A stretch of 64,000 nucleotides of DNA. Source: Octopus sinensis (Eukaryota). Below the pieces are notes generated by a model. It saw nothing but the letters and a program-made list of their open reading frames with translations, was not told where the DNA came from and did no database searches. This document shows positions 1-12,830 of this stretch, piece after piece. Positions within the stretch are counted from its first letter, which is position 1, and every line of letters starts with the position of its first letter. The translations under genes were made by a program, and so were the position numbers. The DNA lies in NCBI RefSeq assembly GCF_006345805.1, contig NC_043007.1, forward strand, positions 67,704,001 to 67,768,000, given 5' to 3'.

Positions 1-702
1 CAGATCCCACACCGCTCCTGTCTTCAAGGGAAACAATGAGTTGCCTTGTTTATAAGTTTCGGTGCCCCTCACAGAGCATTTGGCAAGAGAAATAGGTGAT
101 CCCCTTCCTAGTTGTTTAGATAAGGGTACCAAGGCGGGGAGGCATGGGGTGCTTTCACATGTGTGTGTATGTGTGTGTGTATTATAGGATAAGAGGATTC
201 AGAAAAAGACAGATATAATATCTTGTATTGCTTATTTACAGGAAAAACTAAACAGTTTTTGATTTGATTTTAATTCCATTCAATCCTTATGGGACCAGAG
301 ATTCTTTTTTTTTAACAAAATACTTTGCTGGAATAGTGGATCTCATACACTATTATTTATAGATTTATGTGATGTGCTTTGAGAGCCACTATTCCTAAAA
401 AATAATTATTCCATATTCTCTTGAAAAATTCTCTTATAAAATTCTATTGGGATCAACAAAATACTTTGCATTTTAATTAATTTTAAAATAATCAAGAATA
501 TAAAGGATTTGGTAAAATTAGCCTTTTCATTAATTGGTTTTTGTTGTGTTTGTTTTAGCCCAGGATTTAAAGTTAATTTTTTCATTAATTAGTTTACGTC
601 ATTGTTTAACCCCAGACCATCTCTGACTGAATAGACATATAATCAAATGAGTTCCAGATATGACCAATTCTGTCTTTTTGTACATCAAAGAAATTCAGTT
701 TG

Positions 703-1290
703 TGAGTTTATATCAAAGGACCAGGTGAGCTGATATCAAAGGACCAATGGAGATCTTTCGTAGATTGATACTAAAAGACCAGAGGATATTTCAAATGGGC
801 TGATATCATAGGCCAAAAAGATAATTCAAATGGGCTGGTATTAAAGACCTAGAGGATGGCTTTAATGGGCTGGTATCAAAGGCCTAAAAGTTAACTCAAG
901 TGGGCTGGCACCAAAGGATCAGCAGAGGTCTTGGGTGGGCTAGTATCATAGGATCAGAGATCATCTCCAAAGGGCTGGTATTAAAAGCCCAGAGGATGTC
1001 TTAAACAGGTGGGTATCAAAGACCTAGAGAAGGTTCCAAGTGGGCTAGTATCAAAGACTCAGAGGTCATCTCAAATGGATTGGTATCAAAGGCCCAGGGA
1101 ATGTCTTAAATGGGATGGTATTAAGGGCCCTGAGAATATCTCATGTGGGCTGGTATTGAGAGTTTAGAAGATAACTTAAGTGGGTTGGTCAAGATGCCTT
1201 AAATGGGCAGGTATCAAAGGTCAAAAGGATATGCTCAACTGGACTAGTATCAAAATTCCAGAGCATGTCTCAGGTGATATCAAAAAGATT
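703..1290. repeat. Degenerate 35-bp minisatellite (consensus approx. TGGGCTGGTATCAAAGGCCCAGAGGATNTCTCAAA)
   Basis: TGGGCTG(G/A)TA recurs at 35-nt spacing (e.g. 796, 831, 866, 901), roughly 15 units. Confidence 0.85.
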
Positions 1291-1544
1291 AACATATGAT
1301 ATTTTAGCAAAAACAGTTGTAAAAATAATTTCTTTGCTTGTTTTATAATCCTTATTGTTAGCACTGCCATGTTGCTGAAGACTGGGTCTTTGCATTTGCT
1401 GTATAAGACTGGCAATAACATTGTTTAATACCTGTTCACAATGTAAATTATTCTGCTTTATAGACTTAAAAGTTTTCATTTCTTCCAGCCAAAAATTTAT
1501 TGAATTATTAATTAGTTAAATTTTTGTGGTTGTTATTCTTGTTG

Positions 1545-1617
1545 GTGTATGTGCATGCATGTATATGTGTGAGTGTGAATGTATATGTGTGTGTGCAAAT
1601 GAGTATGAATGTGTGTC

Positions 1618-1661
<44 letters not shown>

Positions 1662-1790
1662 CATCAAATCATGTGCGAGTATGTATATGAGAACATGTAT
1701 GAATGTATATGTGTGTGTGTGTACATTCAAGAGTGTATGTATGAGTGTAAGAGTATGTTTGTTTGTGAGAGTGTATGTTTGTGAAGGTGT
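1545..1790. repeat. Degenerate (TG)n/(TATG)n microsatellite
   Basis: Direct inspection. Confidence 0.9.
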
Positions 1791-2030
1791 ATACTAGTAA
1801 AAGTGCACAAGTATATGAATATAGAACTATATAAACAGGCATCTTGCTAAGTCATTACTGAACGGTCTCTTTGCTCTCTACCTGTTTACCTATGTTATAT
1901 AATTAGGAATTACACGATGAAGTGGTACCATCACATGAAAAAATCAGCGACTATTTAGATCCTGTAATGAACAGATCATGTCTTTTGCAACATCTCTTGT
2001 TTGTTTAGCTTGAGTTTACTAATTCAAAAG

Positions 2031-2065
<35 letters not shown>

Positions 2066-2130
2066 TAGATAGATAGATATACACACATATATATACACAT
2101 ACATACACACACACACACATATATATATAT

Positions 2131-2470
2131 CATCATCATCATCGTTTAACGTCCGTTCTCCATGCTAGCATGGGTTGGACGGTTCGACCGGGGTCTGGGA
2201 AGCCAGAAGGCTGCACCAGGCTCCAGTCTAATCTGGCAATGTTTCTACAGCTGGATGCCCTTCCTAACGCCAACCACTCCGTGAGTGTAGTGGGTGCTTT
2301 TTACATGCCACCTGAACAGGTGCCAGGCGAGGCTGGCAACGGCCACGGTCGGATTGGTGTATTTTATGTGCCACCGGCACGGAAGCCAGTCGAGGCGGTG
2401 CTGGCATCGGCCACGAGTCGGATAGTGCTTTTTACGTACCACCAGACCAGGGATCCTGGCTGGTTCAATT
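2131..2470 (-). mobile_element. RTE LINE 3'UTR remnant with (GAT)n tail, abutting a (TA)n/(CA)n tract
   Basis: Reverse complement of the 3' end of the RTE copy at 53090-54978 (CATCATCATCGTTTAACGTCC...CTGGATGCCCTTCCTAACGCCAACCACTCC). Confidence 0.85.
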
Positions 2471-2504
2471 CGATTTCGATTATATACACACACACATACA
2501 TGTG

Positions 2505-2800
2505 AAGGCACATGGCTCAGTGGTTAGAGCGTCGAGCTTATGATCGTGAGGTTGTGAGCTCGAATCCTGGACTGGGCTGTGTGTTGTGTTCTTGAGCAAG
2601 ACATTTTATTTCACATTGTTCCAGTTCACTCAGCTGTAGAAATGAGTTGCGATGTCACAGGTGCCAAGCTGTATCGGCCCCTATGTCTTTCCTTGGATAA
2701 CACTGGTGGCATGGAGAGGGGAGGCTGATATGCATGGGCAACTGCTGGTCTTCCATAAACAACCTTGCCTGGACTTGTGCCTGGGAGGGTAACTTTCTAA
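2505..2800 (+). mobile_element. tRNA-derived SINE family M (Meta/MESC-like central domain)
   Basis: A box TGGCTCAGTGG and B box GAGCTCGAATCC, then GTGTTCTTGAGCAAGACA...CACTCAGCTGTAGAAATGAG; same family at 20328 and 40458. Confidence 0.8.
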
Positions 2801-3060
2801 GTCCGTTTTCCATGCTGGCGTGGGTTGGACAGTTTGACAGGAACCAGCCATTGGAGAACTGCCCAGGTTCCATTTGTCTGTTTGGGGCATGGTTTCTATG
2901 GTTGGATTGTCCTTCCTGATGCCAACCACTTTACAGAACGTACTGGATGCTTTTAACATGGCACCAACATGGGTTCTTTTATGTGGCACTAGCACACACT
3001 TTTATGAGGCACCGGCATGGGCGCTTTCGCATGGCATCAGCACACAGAAGTTCACATGAT
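2800..3060 (-). mobile_element. RTE 3'UTR-derived remnant truncating the SINE
   Basis: GTCCGTTTTCCATGCTGGCGTGGGTTGGAC...CTTCCTGATGCCAACCAC motif. Confidence 0.7.
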
Positions 3061-3929
3061 TAGGATCACTTGGCTGAGAAAGGGATATGGAGAACATGCC
3101 TGTATGCATGGACAAAAGAAACAAATGTAAGCATGGATGAAATACAAAATATTTACAGTCTCAGAGTTGAAGATGAGACTGTGGTGTAGTGATGTGACTG
3201 TAGTGTGATGCTGAAGTTGTAGTAGAAGAGATAGAAAGAAAACCCAGTATATCTGTGAGCTAGTGATTGTGGTGTGATAATTACATTATAGTATAATGAG
3301 GTTGTAATGGGGGTGGTGAAGTCATACACAAAACGACTATGATGACGATGACTATGATGACAATGAGGATAACAATGACAATAAGGAAAGCAACTTCAAA
3401 GTTTCACAAAGTATGCAGCTTATTCAGACATTTGAATACGTTACATCATTGGTGGAATTTTGAAAGTTATTGTCAATAAAATCATATAATGTGTGTGTGT
3501 GTGTGTGTGTGTAATGTTATATGCACCACAATTCACAAGAAAAAAAAGGAAAGTACTCCACATATAATAAACATGACATATTTAACTTGCACACCCTTAA
3601 GTAATTTTTTTTTTCTAAGTATGATATTATTTACATCTTCAATATATGCTTTCATCAAAATATGTAAAACTCGTGTACATGTGTATGAATGTGTGTGCGT
3701 ATGTATTTGTAATTTAAATAGCAGTTTTGGAGATTTCAGATTGAGATAAAATGTGCTTATCTTGGTCTATCTCTGTGTGGTTTCACCACCTGCTAGAAAT
3801 AGTTAGGTTTAATTACATTACATCATTATTGACACACTGTTACAATTGTTATTGTTGCTGTTATTCAAAGTGGTGGTGTCATGTTGCCTGCTCTTTTAAA
3901 TACTAGTTTTGAAAGGGTGACTTACAACA

Positions 3930-4360
3930 CATACGTACACATCTACACACACTGAGTGCACATGTGCACCCACTGTGCATGTGTACATAATGAGCACATG
4001 CAGGTGTGCACTATCTCTCCCACCCCACACACAGACACATGCACAAACACACACATGCTCACCTCTTGCCATACATGTTTATACACAGATATACACACTC
4101 ACACAGTCACAGTTTATACATGCAAGTTCAAAAGCACACAAGCACAAATATGCCCACACACATTCAAACACATACACATTTATAGAAATATACACACACA
4201 CACACATGTTCACAAAAACATACACGTATATATTCACACAAATACACACATGTTCACACATAAACACGTTCAGAAACATAAAAGTACATTCACAGATGTG
4301 CATATGCATGTATAGATACAATCACGCACACACACAGACACACACACACAGATGTGTAAA
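3930..4360. repeat. Degenerate (CA)n low-complexity tract
   Basis: Direct inspection; produces spurious His/Thr ORFs. Confidence 0.85.
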
Positions 4361-5029
4361 TATACGAAGATGAAGAGAAACTAACAGCTCATGTAAATGA
4401 AAGCGTACCAGCTGGAAATGTGATTGCGGTTAAAAGTAATGACATTCCACCTTGAACTGCCATTAGGATGGCAAGTTAGGCTACTTAACCTGCTAAAAAT
4501 AACAGCCAAACCTCCCTCAAATTACAATACACCAGCTGGAAATACTGAAGGACGCATTCAAAATTGTAATATGAGACACCTCTTAAGACATGACAGGATA
4601 GTCACAGCTGGAATGTCAGATCATAAACTTGTTCAGTTAGGGCTGGCCTGGGGTTAAACAACAACAGCCTGTAGGGTGAAATGTGAGGAAGATACAGCTG
4701 CTATTTCTAGAATGATCGTGTATTTAAAACCAAGACGGACATACAATCTCTTTTGAAACACACCCTGCTGTCTAAGAAAAAAACAAAACAACACAGTTGT
4801 AAATATACCACATCTGAATAAAATATTGGATGGGCATGATTGGAATGTCTTCAGTCATGGATCTAATGTTTGCCAACTTCAGCCTAAAAAATAACAGTAA
4901 CAACCCTACCACCACCACCACCACCACCACCAACAATAACAACAACATCATTTCGGAGCTCATTTTTCTCACTCAGCTCCTTCCTGTCTCTTATCCAACC
5001 TCCTCAGTTACTAAACCAACATAGATTTA

Positions 5030-5286
5030 TCAGCATGTGGTGGTGGTGGTGTGGATGGTTGTGTTGATGTTGGGGGTAGTTGTTTGAATGCAGGTGGTTG
5101 TAGTGATGATGGTGGTGGTAATGATGATGCTGGTAATTGAAGTGATGGTAGTAGTAGTAGTAGTGATGTTAGAGGAGCAGTAGTAGTGCCGGTGGTAGTG
5201 GTTGTTGGGTGTGATGTTAGTATTAGTGATGACACTGATGGTAATGGTAGTGATGATACAGTAGTAGTGGTGGTGGTGGTGGCGGC

Positions 5287-5318
<32 letters not shown>

Positions 5319-5580
5319 CAGCAATAGTGGTGATGGTGGTGGTTGTAGTAGTAGCAGCAGCAGCAATAGTAGTAGTAGTAGTTGTAGTAGCAGCAGCAAT
5401 AGTGGTAGTGTGGTAGTAGTAGTAGTAGTAGTAATAGTGGTAGCAGTAGTAGTGGCAGCAGCAGCAGCAGCAATAGTGGTGGTAGTAGTAGTAGTAGTAA
5501 TAGTGGTAGTAGTAGTAGTAGCAGCAGCAGCAATAGTGGTAGTAGTAGTAGTAGTAGTAGTAGTAGCAGCAGTAGCAGTG
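5030..5580. repeat. Long compound trinucleotide array (GTG/GTA/GCA/GAT)
   Basis: Direct inspection. Confidence 0.95.
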
Positions 5581-5904
5581 TGAAATTCTGATATAAGTTG
5601 ACATGGGACAATTCCCACCAATGGTTGACAGTTGCTATGGTAATGGATATATCAATACAAAAAAGCTGGAGTGCATGGCTATTGACTTCTCAGCAACATA
5701 CTCCAGTAACACTAATATCACCACCACCACCACCACCACCATCAGTAGCAGATTATGGCACCAAGGGAGTAGGAGGGTGGCTTTCAAAACGAATATGCAA
5801 ATAATACATGTACCATAAAAGTTAGAGGCAAGAAAGTAAGTCCTTGGTTGTGGGTAAATCCACAGGATGGACTTGATTTTTTAAAATATGTTTTAATTTA
5901 ATTT

Positions 5905-6630
5905 TTTCTCTTATTTGTATCAGTCATTTGACTGAGGCCATGCTGGAGCACTGCCTTTAGTTGAGCAAATCGAGCCCAGGTATTATGCTTTGTAAGCCTA
6001 GTACTTATTCTATTGGTAACTTTTGCCGAACCACTAAGTTATGGGGATGTAAACACACCAGCATCGGTTGTCAAGCGATGTTGGGGGGGAGGGAATAACA
6101 CACACACGTGTGTGTGTGTACTCACAAGGCTTTGGTTGGCCCGAGACTATAGTAGAAGACACTTGCATAAAGTGTCATGCAGTGGGACTGAACCCAGAAC
6201 CATGTGGTTTGTAAGCAAGCTACTTACCACACAGCCACTCCTGTACCTCACCACTGCTTGACAACCAGTGTTAGTTTGTTTGCATCCCCATAACTTGGTG
6301 GTTTCTTATTTCAGTTACTGGACTGTGATCTTGTTGGGGCACCACTTTGAAGAGATTATATCGAACAAATTGACCCTAGTATTTATTTTTAAAGCCTTCT
6401 ACTTAATCTATCAACCTCTTTTTGCCAAATCACTCAGTTATGGGGATGTAAACAAACCAACATTGGTTGTCAAGAAATGGTGAGGGACAAACACTAAGGC
6501 ACACATACGACGGGCTACTTTTCAGTTTCTGTCGACAAATTTACTACTCAGGGTTGTAGTAGAAAACACTTGCCCAAGGTGCCACACAGTGGAACTGAAC
6601 CTGGAACCATGTGGTTGGGAAGCAAACTTC
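5905..6630 (-). mobile_element. Two adjacent copies of tRNA/CORE-like SINE family A
   Basis: Reverse complements of the full copy at 8010-8403 (GGAACTGAACC..AACCATGTGGTT, AAGACACTTGCCCAAG, CTAAGTTATGGGGATGTAAAC). Confidence 0.8.
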
Positions 6631-6949
6631 TTACCACACAGCCACATTGCTGTTTACTGTAGCAATTTCTTCCTTATGTCTCCTGAAATACTGTTGAAAA
6701 ATGGTGTAAATGTCACCATATTCAACTTAACCCTTCTTCTTAAATCTGTTACATTTCATGCTTACATAGATAAGACAACACATAGAGAGTCTTATATGTT
6801 CTCAGGACTTTATGGAATGAGATGTGTTTTTTGATAAAAGTTGGTAGGGGAGCACTCTTGACTCACTCCTTCTTTCTTGTCTTCTTGTCACCCATACTGT
6901 ATTCACTCTGGACCTCTACTGACACATTTATACCCAGTCTTACTTCTCA

Positions 6950-7165
6950 GAACACATAAGCCCTTCTTGGAACACATGAGCTCTCCACAGAACACATCAG
7001 CCCTTCACGGAACACATCAGCCCTTCTCAGAGCACATCAGCCCTTCTCGGAGCACATCAGCACTTCTCGGAGCACATCAGCACTTCTCAGAGCACATCAG
7101 CACTTCACAGAACACATTAGCCCTTCTTGAAACACATCAGCCCTTCTTGAAACACATCAGCCCAT
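6950..7165. repeat. 20-bp minisatellite (CAGCCCTTCTCAGAACACAT)n, about 10 units
   Basis: Units in exact 20-nt register with few substitutions. Confidence 0.9.
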
Positions 7166-8009
7166 TGATATCTTTTCCTGCAAATTTTTTTTCTTCTTTT
7201 TTTTTTCTGTAGCTGTCAACTTGCAACTGTTCAAATTGAATATTAACAGCATCAATTCCAGGAAGGCCTAAGAAGAACATAGGTGTATCCCTTTCCTTCT
7301 AAACCAAACGATAGCAAAAGTCTTACACAGAACATATGCACTAAAACATATACAGAAACATACACACACACACTTACATGCATGCATACACTCTTACATA
7401 CTTACACACACACACACACACATAATGTGGAACTCTAGCCCCAACCCATCTAAATTAACATATGCATTGCGAGGGAGTGAGTTAGATAAAAAGGGAGGAG
7501 CCTACTGTATGTTTAGATAATCTTTGTGTGTGTGTGCGTGTGTGTGTGTGTAAATGTATGTAGGTGTACATGCGTAAGTTATGTCTCAAATATCAGTTCT
7601 TAGCCAAAATATTGCATCTCCTCAACAACAATCATTCGTTGTTTTAACCCAAAATAGTACCAAAGCTTAATCATTACTTTTTTTTTTATTATATATCTTT
7701 AAAGGTCCCAGTATGTCCACAGCCCAAGGACTGAAAGCAGTGAAAAATAAAATAAACTTAATTTTTGTTTCCAATATAGAACAAAAATTTATCAATGACC
7801 ATTTTGACTAAGTCTCAACCAATAGCCTAAATAATTGGTGCTTCATAACTCAGTCACTGATGCTATCTTATCTCTATGGCTGAGATATATAATTCTTTGC
7901 TGGTGAGCTAATGAGAAAGAGTTTCTATATAGTCATAAGCCCTGCTAGAAATTACAACCAAATTTTCCCTCAAATCATACTCTACCGTTTAAAGAAAAAA
8001 AAAAAATCA

Positions 8010-8403
8010 GCAGGAGTAGCTGTGTGGTAAGTAGCTTGCTTACCAACCACATGGTTCCGGGTTCAGTCCCACTGCGTGGCATCTTGGGCAAGTGTCTTCT
8101 GCTATAGCCCCGGGCCGACCAATGCCTTGTGAGTGGATTTGGTAGACGGAAACTGAAAGAAGCCCGTCGTATATATGTATATATATATATATGCGTGTGT
8201 GTGTTTGTCACCCTAGCATTGCTTGACAACTGATGCTGGTGTGTTTATGTCCTCGTTACTTAGCGGTTTGGCAAAAGAGACCGATAGAATAAGTACTGGG
8301 CTTACAAAAGAATAAGTCCCGGGGTCGAGTTGCTCGATTAAAGGCGCTGCTCCAGCATGGCCGCAGTCAAATGACTGAAACAAGTAAAAGACAGAGTAAA
8401 GAG
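8010..8403 (+). mobile_element. Full-length SINE family A (tRNA-like head, CORE-like CTTGGGCAAGTG, internal TA/TG microsatellite, (AAAAG)-like tail)
   Basis: GTGTGGTAAG A-box-like and GGTTCAGTCC B box; near-identical to 38946-39350. Confidence 0.85.
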
Positions 8404-8409
8404 TTACAA

Positions 8410-8542
8410 AGTGAAAGATGCATTGGATAATGTACTCCTGTAAACACTGAGAAAAAGATGGGGTTGTCATGGCTGGAGGTTTAATCACAGCTCTATTTCA
8501 ATCAGAACTGATCAGGGTCTAAACAACAACAACAACAACATC
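8410..8542 (+). mobile_element. 3' fragment of an (AAC)n-tailed interspersed repeat (AAATAGCAGCCAAATCTCCCTCAAAT family)
   Basis: Ends GGGTCTAAACAACAACAAC; related pieces at 4470-4670, 16710-16870, 49270-49420, 49870-50005, 60545-60680. Confidence 0.6.
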
Positions 8543-9784
8543 ATTAACAATTCTGTTCTTTGTTGGCTCAGTCTATCAGATTATAAATAGCAACAGATGT
8601 CTGCTGTGAGTGAACAGGAATACATCTTAGTTGAAACATCTGTTACCTTGCAGTGGTGAGTATTGAAATCCTCTGAAGACTATTAAAACATGGAGAGTTG
8701 ACAGATTCTACTAGGCTGACTTACCGAAAAGTTTTCAACAATAATAATAATAATAATCCTTTCTACTGAAAGCACAAGGCCTGAAATTTTGTGGGAGGAA
8801 ACTAGTTAACTATATCAATTTTAGTGTTTCACTAGGACTTAATTTATTGACCCCGAAAGGATGAAAGGCAAAGTTGACCTTGATGGCAGTGCTCCAGCAT
8901 GGCTGCAGTCTAAAGACTGAAACCCAGTAAAAGAACAAAAAAAGAAATTAGCAAATTTTAATTGAGAAACTATATTAAAATTTTAGACCCCTTCATAACT
9001 TTTGGCTCTTCCTGGATTTGACTCCTAATATTTATTTTTTTAAAGCCTGGTACCTATTCTATCACTCTCTTTTTGCTGTATTGCTATGTTATGGGGACAT
9101 AAGCACACCAGCACCAGTTGTCAAGCATTGGAGGAGACTAACATAGATACACACACACAAGAAATGAGATTCTTTCAGTTTTCATCTACCAAATTCACTC
9201 AAGGCTTTGGTTGGCTTGAGGCTATTGTAGAAGACATTGTGTACCACACCACACAGTGGAACTGAACCCAGAACCATGTGGTAAGAAAAATAGCAACAAA
9301 AAATTTTTTAAATTTTATTTTAAACCTTTTTGTAATTTATACACTCTGTACAATATAGATTTTGTGTATTATAAAAATTGATAACATATCAGTTTGTCTA
9401 ATGTTCTATACTATATACGATATATATGATATACTATGTACAATATTAAGTGCAGATATTAATCACGGGTAAAGCATTTTTTGACTTGTTTGCAGTTAAC
9501 TTATGGCTAATGCGATAAACATCTCTCCATTCGAAATATAATACTACAGACATAAATATATTGTCGTAGCAATAATTTGTGTTGGCCTAGTTAGCTCTGG
9601 CAAAGGAGAATTATTATGTCAAAGTAACCAAGAGTACTATTGGAGACAGCCACACTATTTTAGATTACTTTAATTCTTTTCCAATTACTTATAAGCATGC
9701 CGTACTATCATTAAAACATATGGCTGATATTTTACACAACCACATTTCAATTAAGCTTACTATAATGTCTGTTACCAGGTTCAA

Positions 9785-10645
9785 GCATGGTTGTGTAGTT
9801 AAGAAGTTTGCTTCCTAGCCACATGGTTTTGGGTTCAGTTCTATTGCATGGTACCTTGAACAAGTTTCGGATCTTTTTGGTTTGAACGGCAGTTTTTTCT
9901 TGCGGTGTCATATGAAATTGTCACCCATAATTAGGACCCTATTATCGATCTATTGCATTTCAATGTTTTAGGGTTAAGGTTAGTTAGGGTTAGTTAGGGG
10001 TAGGGTATCTTTTTTTCTTCACAATGTAAATAAACCCAATCTGTTTCTTAAACGAGGGACATATTCATACGGCACAGAATGTTTTTTACCTCAATGGACA
10101 TGATTGATTGGTTGAAATTGCAGAAATTGAAGATAAAAAACAACAAATACAACAAACTATAGAATTTTCTCAATAAAGCCAAGAGAAAAAAATGTTTTAT
10201 AAACACATTCTACCAGTATATAAAGTTTAAAAATTTTTAGTAACCTACAAATTATGTTAAAAACTGCCATTCAAACCAAAAAGATCCCAAGTTTCTTCTA
10301 TTACAACCTTAGACAAACCAAAACCTTGTGAGTGGATTTGATAGATGAAAACTGAAAGAAGCTCATCACATATAAATGTGTGTATCATATATGTGTGAGT
10401 GTGTGTTGGTGTGTGTGTGTGTCAGTGTTTCCCTGTCTCAACATCATGTGATAACTATAAATGAGCATCAATGTCACACAAGTAGTGTTCTTCCTTCTCA
10501 GTGTTTCATGGAATATATCTGGCCACAGGGAAACAGAAGAGGTGGGTGGTGAGAAGTAGGGCATCAAACTTTAAAAAACCTGCTTCAATGAATCCCATCA
10601 CATCTTTGAGAACATGAAAAATTGGACATTAAAATGATGACGATG
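9785..10645 (+). mobile_element. Family-A SINE head with RTE-derived (GAT)n tail, interrupted by the MITE
   Basis: Head 9785-9868 and 10288-10370; tail ends GGACATTAAAATGATGACGATGAT. Confidence 0.7.
9869..10287. mobile_element. Non-autonomous DNA transposon (Merlin- or hAT-type MITE) with about 30-bp TIRs and 8-bp TSD, nested in a family-A SINE
   Basis: TIRs GGATCTTTTTGGTTTGAACGGCAGTTTTT / AAAAACTGCCATTCAAACCAAAAAGATCC; CAAGTTTC duplicated at 9861-9868 and 10288-10295. Confidence 0.85.
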
Positions 10646-11529
10646 ATAATATTCTTTTACTGATTTCAATCCCGTGATGCAGAGAAGGTGTGGCACCATT
10701 CTCACAAGAATGAGTTGATTATACCAACCCAAGTATTTCACTGGTACATACCTTATCAACCTTAGTCTCTATATCAGTATTAATAATTCATCTTTAAAGT
10801 TCATGTACGTAGCCCGTAGCCATATGGTTGAGGAGTCCATACTGTAAGTATGTTGTTCCATGTTCAATCTTACTATATGGCATGTTGGACAAGAATCATC
10901 TGCCATGGCCTTGGGTTGACCAATATTATGAGAGTAGATTTTAGTAGAAGTGAAACTGTGCAGACAGACAGACAAACACACACACACACCTGCATTAACA
11001 TTATCTTTTAAATAATTACTTCTGAAATAAATGACTTCAATCAGGTATCCAGTCATATTGTTTGTTCCTGTTTTTTTTTTTTCTAGTAAGTTACTAATTA
11101 TGAAAACCAGTAGAAGATAATTCCATATATGTACTTCGAGACCACTAACACCCCACCTTTACATTTATAAACATACATACATAAACATGTGGTTGAAATA
11201 ACTGCATATTCCAGATTCCATCTCTTCCTCCTCTGCCATTGTATTGTATCCCATTTTCATGAACAAAAAACACACATACACAAGTGTGTGTGTATGTATG
11301 TGTATGTTGTGAGTGTGTGTGTTAATAAATAAGTCTTATCTATATAAGTTATTATTAGCCTTATATATATATAAACATACTTATACAGGTATGGTTGTAC
11401 AAACAAGATAAAACAAACTCAAAACATGCATATAAAAATAACAAATGACACACACATACAAAGCATATATATATATATATACACACACACACAACATCTA
11501 TACATACATGTACATATATATAATAATAT

Positions 11530-11940
11530 ATATGGTTGTGTGGTAAGAAGCTAGCTTCCCAACCACATGGTTCTGGGTTCAGTCCCGCTGTGTGGCATCT
11601 TGGACAAGTGTCTTCTCCTATAGCCTCAGGCCAACCAAAGCCTTTTGAGTGGATTTGGTAGATGGAAACGGAAAGAAGCCCATTGTGTGTGTGTGTGTAT
11701 ATATATATATTCATGTGTATGTGTGTGTCTTTGTGTCTGTGTTTGTCCTCCCACCATCGCTTGACAACTGATGTTGGTGTGTTTATGTCTCCGGAACTTA
11801 GCGGTTTGGCAAAATAGACTGATAGAATAAGTACTAGGCTTACAAAGAATATGTCCTGTGGTCAATTTCTTCGACTAAAGGTGGCACTCCAGCATGGCCA
11901 TAGTCAAATGATTGAAATGTGTAAAAGAAAGTGAAAGAGT
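11530..11940 (+). mobile_element. SINE family A full copy
   Basis: Co-linear with 8010-8403. Confidence 0.85.
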
Positions 11941-12404
11941 ATATGGCCACAGCTCGTGAGCTGAAACTAGATAAAATAAAAAATAAAATAAAATATATAT
12001 GATATTTACATTTTTCATACACATCAAGATACAGTGCAAACAATATAAAAGCTGATAAGGCTTATATGGGCAACATTGAATGAACACCCAGCTGAAATTT
12101 CCTTGCAGCCATTCTATTTACTCCATCTCTCCCTTTCCTATCTCTAAATGACTAATCTGCAATGGCTCAAACCAAATTCTAGCCATTCTTCTTTTATGAA
12201 GTAATTGCTATATCTCAAGAAAAAAAAAGGAAAAAAAGAAGGCAATGACAATAAACATGCCTCCACCTATTCCTTAGACTTACACTTCCTACAATAAATA
12301 AATAATAATAATAACAACATAATAACCTGTAGTTCAGATTGAATCTGGAGATGTAGATACACATTTGGCTATAATAAAAAGATATAATTAAATAATAATA
12401 ATGA

Positions 12405-12830
12405 TCATCAACAGCATTTTAATGTCCATGTTTGCATATTTGCATGGGTTGGACAAAATTCGTTGAGTCAGGTTTTCTATTGCTGCACACCCTTCTTGTT
12501 GTCAGCCTTCTTCTGTAATACATTCCAATGGCCAGACATATTTTCATAGACAAGTGGAAATGAAGGATACTGACTGTAAGGTGTTGATGCTCATTTACAA
12601 CTATCACAGAAAGTACAGATGAGGTAACACACAAAAATATACACATACAGACACACACATGACAGATTTCAATCAATTTCTATCAACCAGATCCACTCAC
12701 AGGGCTTTGGTTGGCCCAGAGCTATAGCAGAAGACATTTGTATAAGGTGCTATGAAGGGCCAGAATCGTATATCATGTAGTTGAGAATCAAACTTCTTAA
12801 CCATACAGTCACACATGCACCTAAATAAAA
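12405..12830 (-). mobile_element. Family-A SINE head + RTE-type tail, reverse orientation
   Basis: Head rc at 12680-12830; tail rc ATCATCAACAGCATTTTAATGTCCATG...GGGTTGGAC. Confidence 0.65.

Noticed and set aside
1270-1500. Minus ORF with WLEEM resembling the PH C-terminal helix and a CAG|GTATT donor
   Set aside because: No acceptor AG upstream and only trivial similarity.
2505-2580. tRNA-like sequences (also 20328, 40458, 58965, 8010, 38946)
   Set aside because: A and B boxes are present, but there is no closed acceptor stem and each continues into a shared SINE body, so these are SINE heads and not tRNA genes.
5011-5621. Long ORFs of 130-197 aa (and similar ones at 3956-4373, 58983-59667, 60139-60559)
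   Set aside because: They are translations of tri-, di- and tetranucleotide repeats, which lack stops by composition.
9968-10005. Interstitial telomere
   Set aside because: Only a few imperfect units, lying inside a TIR/TSD-bounded MITE.
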